Of a stretch of DNA of 64,000 nucleotides, positions 37,720 to 46,069 are shown piece after piece. Position 1 is the first letter of the stretch; every line of letters begins with the position of its first letter. The stretch is from Escherichia phage vB_VIPECOOM01. The notes beneath the pieces were generated by a model that was given only the letters and a program-made list of their open reading frames with translations, was not told where the DNA came from and did no database searches. The stretch lies in the sequence record OQ721909; one strand, written 5' to 3'. The position numbers and the translations under genes were made by a program.

Positions 37720-38029
37720 AGCCTTGCGGCAACCTTGTCGGGGTTCCACCTGCTAAGGCAAGTGTTTGTACGAAACGCCGGGATTCGAACCCGGTTATTA
37801 AGCAGTTGACGCTACTCAATATTTTTAAAAGGCCATATCTCGACCATATCCGAACGTTCCGTCAAAAACGCTACTCGGCTTACGGCAAAGATATTTCCTC
37901 GAATCGATAATTCGGTGCGCCGTTTCTGCTGTGATGTAAGGGGATATTAACAAATCGTAAAGATTTATTAAGACCAGTCCTTACGCAGGGAACATCAGTC
38001 CGACGACTTACCGGTAGCGACCCGGTTTC
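37720..38029 (-). ncRNA. candidate small stable RNA(s) downstream of tRNA cluster (T4 RNA C/D equivalent)
   Basis: ~310 nt non-coding stretch between 116-aa ORF and terminator; contains tRNA-like T-arm ACCGGGTTCGAATCCCGG. Confidence 0.3.
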
Positions 38030-38380
38030 TTAATATTCTTTTAAAGCATCAATTTGTTCACGGCGTTTACGCCATAAATCAATTGCTTCATACGCAGATT
38101 CAGCATTTCGAATTGGACGGCATTTATATAAAGACTTATGATTTTGATATTGTGTAGATAACGGAATTTTATCTAAAAGGTCTTTACGTTCAAAATATTC
38201 GTAACCATCTAAACCAAATGAACGATTTTTGAGAAATTGCCAATGACCGTATTCGTTTTCGACATAAACATAATCCGCGTGTTGATAAAGCAAATTAATT
38301 ACACGTTCAGAAATAACAGTGTCATTGTGATTAAAATAAAATGTTAAATCATGAACTACTAAATAAACATTACCTTTCAT
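38030..38380 (-). CDS. hypothetical protein
   Basis: 116 aa ORF with GAGGAA RBS immediately downstream of tRNA-Arg. Confidence 0.5.
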   Translation of the reverse strand: MKGNVYLVVHDLTFYFNHNDTVISERVINLLYQHADYVYVENEYGHWQFLKNRSFGLDGYEYFERKDLLDKIPLSTQYQNHKSLYKCRPIRNAESAYEAIDLWRKRREQIDALKEY

Positions 38381-38396
38381 ATTTTCCTCACTTAAT

Positions 38397-38472
38397 TGGT
38401 CGAGGCAGTAGGGATCGAACCTACGACCTAGGACTTAGAAGGTCCTTGCTCTTCCTTCTGAGCTATGCCCCG
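38397..38472 (-). tRNA. tRNA-Arg (anticodon TCT)
   Basis: Cloverleaf read by hand: anticodon loop CTTCTAA, T-arm GGTTCGATCC, CCA encoded. Confidence 0.85.
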
Positions 38473-38476
38473 TAAT

Positions 38477-38552
38477 TGGGGTGACCGATGGGAGTCGAAC
38501 CCATGACTACGAGAATCACAATCTCGAGTTCTACCAACTGAACTACGGCCAC
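38477..38552 (-). tRNA. tRNA-His (anticodon GTG), no encoded G-1
   Basis: Anticodon loop TTGTGAT; discriminator C then CCA; closely resembles E. coli tRNA-His body. Confidence 0.75.
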
Positions 38553-38636
38553 ATTAATACCTACTCCAACAATCAAGATGTCTTCACACGAAATTAAGAG
38601 AAGAGTGATCAGTTCAACCCCGATAATCGCGTCAAG

Positions 38637-38652
38637 TAGATATTAATGTGAC
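38637..38652. repeat. perfect 16-bp palindrome TGTGACAATTGTCACA in tRNA spacer
   Basis: Self-complementary; matches CRP-type TGTGA-N6-TCACA half-site arrangement. Confidence 0.5.
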
Positions 38653-38656
38653 AATT

Positions 38657-38731
38657 GTCACAAATTTGGCGGACGTGATAGGATTCGAACCTATAACCAA
38701 TCGCTTAACAGGCGATCGCTCTGCCATTGAG
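38657..38731 (-). tRNA. tRNA-Asn (anticodon GTT)
   Basis: Anticodon loop CTGTTAA; T-arm GGTTCGAATCC; CCA encoded. Confidence 0.8.
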
Positions 38732-38735
38732 CTAC

Positions 38736-38822
38736 ACATCCAAATTGGTGGGGAGTGATGGAGTCGAACCACCCGAGTCGCAATGACAATGGATTTACAG
38801 TCCACACCGCTACCTCTACGGG
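38736..38822 (-). tRNA. tRNA-Tyr (anticodon GTA), long variable arm
   Basis: 87 nt; anticodon loop CTGTAAA; perfect 7-bp acceptor stem; CCA encoded. Confidence 0.8.
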
Positions 38823-38835
38823 ATAACTCCCCTTA

Positions 38836-38910
38836 ATTCTTAATTTGGTGGCCCTGGGTGGAATTGAACCACCATCTGGCGATTATGAGTCGCTTGCTTG
38901 AACCTTCCAG
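38836..38910 (-). tRNA. tRNA-Ile2 or Met (anticodon CAT)
   Basis: Anticodon arm GCGACTCATAATCGC as in E. coli tRNA-Ile2; CCA encoded. Confidence 0.75.
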
Positions 38911-38929
38911 CTACAGGGCCAAATTTTTC

Positions 38930-39412
38930 TTATTTTATGTAATATTTATTTAAAAACTTTCTAGCTTGAGTATGGCTAACATTTATAGCGTTTGCATAAT
39001 TTTTAATAAAACCTCGTTCATCCATATTAAAATTTTCTAATATTTTTAATCGTCTAATTATCTCATCTTGGCTTAAGGTACTTGCATTATTTTTAGAAAT
39101 TTTTTCTAAAGACTGCACTGAGTGTTTTCGACCATTAAAATTAAAATTTTTAGGTTTTGGAGGAAATCTATCATTTAGTCTCGCATCTTTTGTATTTTGA
39201 TTATTAGTTGCGCAATATATGTTATTTAATGAGTATGGTCCTTTATCACCAAAACGACACATACAGTATTCATGACCCTTTCTTCCACGCTTATCATAAT
39301 TTCCCGTTGATTTCCACCAATTCAACCACTCATCAAAAGTTAAATTCCATTCAATGTTTCTACGTATAGCAGAATTCCGCTGAGAAATATATTTTGCATA
39401 ATCTTCTTTCAT
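38930..39412 (-). CDS. putative HNH-like (His-Me finger) endonuclease inserted between tRNA subclusters
   Basis: 160 aa basic protein; HEYCMC ... NNIYCATNNQN spacing suggestive of HNH; position equivalent to T4 segB. Confidence 0.4.
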   Translation of the reverse strand: MKEDYAKYISQRNSAIRRNIEWNLTFDEWLNWWKSTGNYDKRGRKGHEYCMCRFGDKGPYSLNNIYCATNNQNTKDARLNDRFPPKPKNFNFNGRKHSVQSLEKISKNNASTLSQDEIIRRLKILENFNMDERGFIKNYANAINVSHTQARKFLNKYYIK

Positions 39413-39459
39413 CGCAAATTTCTCTACTTATTGCATACACTAAGCTAAATCAGCAAAAC

Positions 39460-39549
39460 TGGCGGAGGCGATAGGATTTGAACCTATGAGTCGCCGGAGC
39501 GACTGCCGGTTTTCAAGACCGGTGCATTAAACCACTCTGCCACGCCTCC
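39460..39549 (-). tRNA. tRNA-Ser (anticodon TGA), long variable arm
   Basis: 90 nt; anticodon loop CTTGAAA; CCA encoded. Confidence 0.85.
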
Positions 39550-39551
39550 AG

Positions 39552-39625
39552 TCTCCGCGGCAGGATTTGAACCTGCGACATTCTGCTCCCAAAGCAGACG
39601 CTCTACCAAACTGAGCTACACGGAG
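39552..39625 (-). tRNA. tRNA-Pro (anticodon TGG), CCA not encoded
   Basis: Anticodon loop TTTGGGA; 3' end abuts tRNA-Ser (dimeric precursor arrangement). Confidence 0.8.
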
Positions 39626-39635
39626 TAAATTAAAT

Positions 39636-39709
<74 letters not shown>

Positions 39710-39714
39710 AAATT

Positions 39715-39801
39715 TGGTGCGAGAAGTGGGACTCGAACCCACAAGGAAATCATTCCGCAGCATTTTAAGTGCTGTGCCTTTACCAATTTGACCATTCTCG
39801 C
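39715..39801 (-). tRNA. tRNA-Leu (anticodon TAA), long variable arm
   Basis: 87 nt; anticodon loop CTTAAAA; CCA encoded. Confidence 0.85.
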
Positions 39802-39802
39802 G

Positions 39803-39875
39803 CTGGGAATAAAGGACTCGAACCTTTGCATCTAGCAGTCAAAGTGCTATGCCTTACCAACTTGGCTAATTCCCA
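39803..39875 (-). tRNA. tRNA-Gln (anticodon TTG), CCA not encoded
   Basis: Anticodon loop CTTTGAC; 3' end one nt from tRNA-Leu 5' end (dimeric precursor). Confidence 0.85.
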
Positions 39876-39961
39876 ATTATTAACAAAGGCTCTTAAGCAA
39901 GAACCCTTGATGATAGAGGGTATTAATCAGTGCGATATGAGTTAATAATAACAAATAATTC

Positions 39962-40486
39962 TTAAAGCAAATTAAACATTTTAACGGTCGGCAAAACAAT
40001 TTCTTCTTCTATATAAGAGTATTTAACACTCTCAACTACACGCAAAAAATCATAATCATAATACTCAGAAGCATTACCTAAAATATTAATAAGTCCTTCA
40101 AGCACTTTATTACCATTCACAAAAAATAAGTCAAATACACGTTCTTCATCTTCTTCAGATTTATTACCAAGATCAACTTCTATGCGAAAGACCTTTTTAA
40201 TGAATTCTGGATAAAGCTGGTCTGAGAACAGTCCTTCAACCAAGTATTCATAAATAAAAAGAGATTGCTCGCTGAACAAACCATTACCGCAATAGCGCTC
40301 AATTTTAGTACTAGAATATCTGCTTTTAAATTTCTTTAAAAGATACTGAAATTGTAAGATTTCATGCTCTTCTACGCCAAACAGTGTTTTAGTTTTATAG
40401 TTGTCACCATCATTTTCCCAGGTAGTGACATCAATTACGTAACCCTGCGGAATTGTAGTACCCAAACAAATATTCATTTTCACCAC
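39962..40486 (-). CDS. hypothetical protein
   Basis: 174 aa ORF. Confidence 0.55.
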   Translation of the reverse strand: MVKMNICLGTTIPQGYVIDVTTWENDGDNYKTKTLFGVEEHEILQFQYLLKKFKSRYSSTKIERYCGNGLFSEQSLFIYEYLVEGLFSDQLYPEFIKKVFRIEVDLGNKSEEDEERVFDLFFVNGNKVLEGLINILGNASEYYDYDFLRVVESVKYSYIEEEIVLPTVKMFNLL

Positions 40487-40770
40487 GCTACATTAATGTA
40501 AGTATATTTAATACATTCAAGACCCAAAGGATTCTTGAAAATATCATATTCAAGAGGACCTTTTTCTGTTTCAATAAAGAAATCAAAATTTACTGTATTA
40601 AATTTACGGTCTTCCTTTACTAATTTAACTTGAGAAGATGAACGGTCAATGTAAACATTTTCAACTTCAAAACATGTTAAAATGCCATAATCATCAATCA
40701 AGGCTTTAGCCGCGTCTTGATCATATTTATATCCATTTTCAATGGATGATACTTTCGCATAAAGAATCAT
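40480..40770 (-). CDS. hypothetical protein
   Basis: 96 aa ORF. Confidence 0.5.
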   Translation of the reverse strand: MILYAKVSSIENGYKYDQDAAKALIDDYGILTCFEVENVYIDRSSSQVKLVKEDRKFNTVNFDFFIETEKGPLEYDIFKNPLGLECIKYTYINVAW

Positions 40771-40772
40771 TA

Positions 40773-41171
40773 TCAGCCTTCATCAACAATAGTGTGAGTA
40801 TTAGCATTTACAATTTGCCACCAATCAAAGCGATTAGAATCCATCGGTTTGTTTTCATTTTCTTTGATAATGTCACGGAGTTCATCTTCAGAGAATGCTT
40901 TAGCAATTAAATCGGTATACCCACCACGGGGATAATAATTATCACCTGCAAACAAAAGGAAATTTACCTTCCCGGAAGGAACATACGCTTCCTTAGGATA
41001 CTTGTTTCCTGTGTGGTCAACCACTTCAATATAACGGTAAGGAATATCGGTTCTTTCAACCCATTGCCATGCCGCTGCAGGGGAATCGAAAGCATCTACA
41101 CCTAAACGATTATCTTCATCTTTAGACGGATTATTTTCGTAATCCGCATATACATAATATTCAACGTTCAT
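40773..41171 (-). CDS. hypothetical protein
   Basis: 132 aa ORF. Confidence 0.55.
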   Translation of the reverse strand: MNVEYYVYADYENNPSKDEDNRLGVDAFDSPAAAWQWVERTDIPYRYIEVVDHTGNKYPKEAYVPSGKVNFLLFAGDNYYPRGGYTDLIAKAFSEDELRDIIKENENKPMDSNRFDWWQIVNANTHTIVDEG

Positions 41172-41356
41172 TATTCACCTTTAGAAATTTTATCCATAAC
41201 GATAGCAATTAAACCAATTAAAAATGCTACTACAAGTGAAAAAACATTTTCTGCCGTAGTCAATAATCCGCATATAAATCCAACAAACATTGAAAAACTG
41301 AAAGCGGAAGCAGAAATTGCAATAGCAACATTTCGAATTAATTCACAACGTTTCAT
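41171..41356 (-). CDS. hypothetical small membrane protein
   Basis: 61 aa from Met with GAGGAGAAT RBS (MKRCELIRN); longer ORF-track ORF would contain its own promoter. Confidence 0.4.
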   Translation of the reverse strand: MKRCELIRNVAIAISASAFSFSMFVGFICGLLTTAENVFSLVVAFLIGLIAIVMDKISKGE

Positions 41357-41380
41357 TTTATTCTCCTCAGTAGTTGATAG

Positions 41381-41414
41381 GGTAATAATATCACTACCCC
41401 ATCTAAAAGTAAAC
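41381..41414 (-). promoter_or_regulatory. early promoter
   Basis: GTTTAC -35, GTGATATTATTACC -10 on minus strand. Confidence 0.55.
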
Positions 41415-41648
41415 TTATTTTTTACGAAAAATTGATTTATTTTCTGCTGCCCATTTTTCAATAACTGCAGCAGGACCAGTAACAACAATTTTATCACCGT
41501 AATCTTCTGCGGCGAGTTGACCGAAATTATCTAATGCATCACGAAGAACTCCATGAGGCATTTCACCCATTTTATCTTTCTTGCCGGTGTAAATAAACTC
41601 AACTTTTACATCAGAAGATTCAGCGATAAACTCTTTGAAAGTTTTCAT
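41415..41648 (-). CDS. ipI: Internal protein I-like capsid-targeted protein
   Basis: 77 aa from MKTFKEFIAES leader; early promoter upstream; position matches T4 ipI. Confidence 0.6.
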   Translation of the reverse strand: MKTFKEFIAESSDVKVEFIYTGKKDKMGEMPHGVLRDALDNFGQLAAEDYGDKIVVTGPAAVIEKWAAENKSIFRKK

Positions 41649-41680
41649 TTTAGTTTCCATTCGATTGTTTTGTTTTGATA

Positions 41681-41735
41681 GGGTAATAATATCACAACTA
41701 AAACCCTATGTAAACAACTTTGTGAAATTATTTTA
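41681..41735 (-). promoter_or_regulatory. early promoter upstream of ipI-like gene
   Basis: UP element, GTTTAC -35, TGTGATATTATTACC -10. Confidence 0.6.
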
Positions 41736-41985
41736 AATCTTCTAATCGTTTCTTCATCTTAGAACCATTTTTAGCAATTTCTCCTGCATCGGAGCATAAT
41801 GCTAAAAGTGCTTTAACTTTCGTTTGGTCTCCTTTAAAAGATGAAGGATCTACTGCAGCAGCAAGTTCTTTAATACGAGAGAAAAGACGCTCAGCTTCAG
41901 CTAAAGCCATTCCAAGCTTTACTTCCATACCGTGGGAAGATTCAGTGATAGTAGTTTTTGTAGCAAACTCTTTGAAAGTTTTCAT
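41728..41985 (-). CDS. hypothetical protein with partial CTS-like leader
   Basis: 85 aa; N-terminal MKTFKEFATKTTITESS; own early promoter. Confidence 0.5.
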   Translation of the reverse strand: MKTFKEFATKTTITESSHGMEVKLGMALAEAERLFSRIKELAAAVDPSSFKGDQTKVKALLALCSDAGEIAKNGSKMKKRLEDLK

Positions 41986-42011
41986 TTTATTTTCCTAATT
42001 AATTTTGATGA

Positions 42012-42742
<731 letters not shown>

Positions 42743-42743
<1 letters not shown>

Positions 42744-43468
42744 TATAGTACCTTTAGTGTATTTTTAATTTTAGAAAAAAGTTCTTCAAGAGAACCATCG
42801 TTTGTAATTACTAAATCGCCATTACGAATTGGCAATCCAGCTTCTGTAATATGTGTATCATTGGATTTTTGACCAGGACGAACTACATGAATTACTGTAG
42901 CACCCATCGCCCTAGCCGCATCCATTTCATGATCTTGACGAGTATCAGGAACGATATAATAATCATAACCTGAGTTAAATTTATCAAGATAATCTAAAGC
43001 AAATAATTTTACCCAATACATGCGGTCGAAGTTATTAACAATCAAATCCGTACCTAGGGCTTGCATCAGACGACGGACTGACCATTGATCTTCAATATTA
43101 TTTATAACGTCAATAATCTTGTTACATGCTACGGAATCAACTGATTCTTGTCCTTCGTCCTCAAAAACACACACACCTTTAATTGGGCTTTTACTATTAA
43201 GATAGCAAAATGCTTGTTCCATAATCGTGATTACTTCTGATTTAGTCAGATTTAAATTAGTCTCACGATCATAGTCAATTCCTTCAAACTCTTTACGAGT
43301 TAAGCAAGGATAGTCAGTGTTTGCTGCGAATACGCCCCATGCATAAGCCAATGCATCCTTAATAGGACCAGCAAGTTGATATTTAACTGCAGAATAATTA
43401 TTCATGATAAAATCTGCAGTAGTATCTTTTCCACTACGCTTTACACCGCTTAAAAAGATTAGTTTCAT
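42743..43468 (-). CDS. 1: Deoxynucleoside monophosphate kinase gp1
   Basis: 241 aa; P-loop GVKRSGKDT. Confidence 0.93.
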
Positions 43469-43517
43469 ATGTTTCTCCTCAAATTTAGTTAAGATTATAA
43501 CACATGAAACTGAAGCA

Positions 43518-44048
43518 TTAAACTTCTGCTATAATTTTGCCATCTTTTTCTACTTGAAAATACGTATAAGGAATCGTTGCTGTGCATACTAAGGCTGGGT
43601 CTGAATCTTCTGTGTAGCTAAATTCTACTTCAGACAGGTCAGAAACCCAAGGCTTATAAAAATTTATTGACATCACGATTTCAGTTTTACTATTATCTAA
43701 AATGTAAAGCGTAATGTATTCAGGACCTGTTTTTTGGGCAGTATTTTCGCCTGTAAGATAGTTACTAGTTCCTAGCATCCATTCATACATTCCTATCCAC
43801 GACTTAAGCTCTTCATCAACTATAAATCTCACGATGAGTGGGTCGTACTCAAATGTAACTCCTGGACGCTGTGCTCGGCCTAGTCCAAATGGCCCAGTCA
43901 CGGTATCAGTAACAGGTATCCTAATTCCTGGAATAGGAACTGACTGAGCATTTAAAGTAAAAGCAGATGTAGTATTACTATGCGGTATTGATACTACAAA
44001 GTTAGTTGTATTTGCTTGGTTAAAAATTTGTTGCAGTGCTTGCGACAT
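43518..44048 (-). CDS. 3: Tail completion / sheath stabiliser gp3
   Basis: 176 aa from Met with GAGGA RBS; length and position match T4 gp3. Confidence 0.8.
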   Translation of the reverse strand: MSQALQQIFNQANTTNFVVSIPHSNTTSAFTLNAQSVPIPGIRIPVTDTVTGPFGLGRAQRPGVTFEYDPLIVRFIVDEELKSWIGMYEWMLGTSNYLTGENTAQKTGPEYITLYILDNSKTEIVMSINFYKPWVSDLSEVEFSYTEDSDPALVCTATIPYTYFQVEKDGKIIAEV

Positions 44049-44154
44049 ATATTCCTCATAATGCTTTATAAATGTTGGTGGTATAATGAGTCTAAGTCCC
44101 TTCCATTCAATTCCAATTAGAACAAACAATAGAAAAGAATGGAAGATAATAGAA

Positions 44155-44979
44155 TTAGATATTTGACCAGACTTTGTTTGCAGAGAAACGTTTTCCTTTT
44201 GAAACGAACTGCTGAAGTGGCATTAACACAACGTTCGCCCAATCTTTCGGGGCGATTTCAACAAGGCTACCCATAATATTACCAGGTATATATGCCTTAA
44301 TCATTTGGTCTGCACCCCTAAATCCTTTCACTTGACTCCAATCAATTTTTAATTTCGTTTTATTAGTAATAGTAGGTGTATTTGAATATTGCTTTAAAAG
44401 CTCTTCTAGAAACTGTTGACGAGCTTTAGGTGGAATATAGTGCAAGTTCAATCCGTACATTAAATTATGTTTACCTAAACCAAGGTAAATTATCAAAGGA
44501 AATTTATCCCAATAAGGAAGAGTTTCTTTGTGTTTAGCATCGTAAGCAAAAGCATATATTCGTCCCGGCTGCGGGCGAACAACTTTATGTCCTTTTACCT
44601 GTTTAATAGTTTCAGCAAACCACTTTCTGGTTTTATTATTAATTGCTGCGCCTTCATTACGAATTTTATCACGCAATGTTTGTCTGAATGAATTTATCAT
44701 AAGCAGTTGTCTTTCTTGCTTATTGAGCTTATTCATTGGTTTTGATTCAAGCTTTTGAATCTTTTCAGCCGTTTTAATTCCTGAAGCATATTTTGACATT
44801 GCCGAAGTAAACGTAGAATATTTAATTCCTCTTTCTTCAGCAAATTGCTTTCCTGTCATTCCTTTTGCTTTGGCCTTTCTGTATTCAAGACCTATCTGAA
44901 TCCATTTCTTTTCGTTTAATGATTGCTTAACCTTTGGAACTTGGGGAGTGCTTTCATTAATTATTTGAAAAATAGCCAT
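44155..44979 (-). CDS. 2: DNA end protector protein gp2
   Basis: 274 aa; position and length match T4 gp2. Confidence 0.85.
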   Translation of the reverse strand: MAIFQIINESTPQVPKVKQSLNEKKWIQIGLEYRKAKAKGMTGKQFAEERGIKYSTFTSAMSKYASGIKTAEKIQKLESKPMNKLNKQERQLLMINSFRQTLRDKIRNEGAAINNKTRKWFAETIKQVKGHKVVRPQPGRIYAFAYDAKHKETLPYWDKFPLIIYLGLGKHNLMYGLNLHYIPPKARQQFLEELLKQYSNTPTITNKTKLKIDWSQVKGFRGADQMIKAYIPGNIMGSLVEIAPKDWANVVLMPLQQFVSKGKRFSANKVWSNI

Positions 44980-45431
44980 TATGCCCCCTTAAAGCCAAGA
45001 GCTCGTAATCCATCTTCTGTTAAAATTCTAAATTTTATTCCACGCTTTTCAGCTAAAGCTTGCGCTGCTTTCCATTTGTCAGTATTAACGGAATATGTAT
45101 AAATTTCATTCATAAATCTTTTCTTCGCTGCGGTTGTTAGATGTGCTGGTTTAACTGGTGGTTGTGTTTCTTTTTTAGGTTTTATTTCAATAAAAAATTC
45201 TTGTCCAGAAGAATCTTTCATCCAAATATCCATGAAGTATCTACGTTTTTTCCCTTCTGCATTACAAAAATAAGGAATTACTGCTGTTTCACTACCCCAT
45301 GCAATAATTTCTGGATTTTTATCTAACCATTCAAAAAAGAATTTTTCCCAATTTGATCTATACGTAATTTTTTTAGGGTCACCTCTATATTTTGATATAT
45401 TTTTAGGAACCCATTTTCCAGAATATGCCAT
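44979..45431 (-). CDS. 4: Head completion protein gp4
   Basis: 150 aa; late promoter immediately upstream. Confidence 0.85.
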   Translation of the reverse strand: MAYSGKWVPKNISKYRGDPKKITYRSNWEKFFFEWLDKNPEIIAWGSETAVIPYFCNAEGKKRRYFMDIWMKDSSGQEFFIEIKPKKETQPPVKPAHLTTAAKKRFMNEIYTYSVNTDKWKAAQALAEKRGIKFRILTEDGLRALGFKGA

Positions 45432-45442
45432 TGGATTCTCCT

Positions 45443-45450
45443 TATAAATA
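45443..45450 (+). promoter_or_regulatory. late promoter (TATAAATA) for gene 53
   Basis: Exact TATAAATA about 30 nt upstream of gene 53 ATG. Confidence 0.8.
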
Positions 45451-45457
45451 GATAATA

Positions 45458-45465
45458 TATTTATA
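45458..45465 (-). promoter_or_regulatory. late promoter (TATAAATA) for gene 4, divergent from gene 53 promoter
   Basis: Plus-strand TATTTATA about 27 nt upstream of gene 4 start. Confidence 0.75.
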
Positions 45466-45478
45466 AACAGGAGGGCCC

Positions 45479-46069
45479 ATGCTCTTTACATTTTTTGATC
45501 CGATTGAATATGCGGCCAAAACGGTGAATAAAAACGCGCCGACTATTCCTATGACAGATATTTTTAGAAACTATAAAGACTATTTCAAACGCGCTCTTGC
45601 GGGATACCGTTTACGCACTTATTATATTAAAGGTTCACCACGCCCGGAAGAATTAGCAAATGCTATATATGGAAATCCACAGTTGTATTGGGTTTTATTG
45701 ATGTGTAATGATAATTATGATCCGTATTATGGATGGATTACTTCGCAAGAAGCTGCTTATCAAGCATCTATACAAAAATACAAAAATGTAGGTGGAGACC
45801 AAATAGTATATCATGTGAATGAGAATGGTGAAAAATTTTATAATTTAATATCATACGATGATAATCCATATATTTGGTATGACAAAGGCGATAAAGCTAG
45901 AAAATATCCTCAATATGAAGGAGCACTTGCTGCAGTCGATACGTATGAAGCTGCTGTTCTTGAAAATGAAAAACTTCGTCAAATAAAAATAATAGCAAAA
46001 TCAGACATCAATTCATTTATGAACGACCTTATACGTATAATGGAGAAATCTTATGGAAATGATAAGTAA
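45479..46069 (+). CDS. 53: Baseplate wedge protein gp53
   Basis: 196 aa; TATAAATA late promoter and GGAGGG RBS upstream. Confidence 0.85.
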   Translation: MLFTFFDPIEYAAKTVNKNAPTIPMTDIFRNYKDYFKRALAGYRLRTYYIKGSPRPEELANAIYGNPQLYWVLLMCNDNYDPYYGWITSQEAAYQASIQKYKNVGGDQIVYHVNENGEKFYNLISYDDNPYIWYDKGDKARKYPQYEGALAAVDTYEAAVLENEKLRQIKIIAKSDINSFMNDLIRIMEKSYGNDK

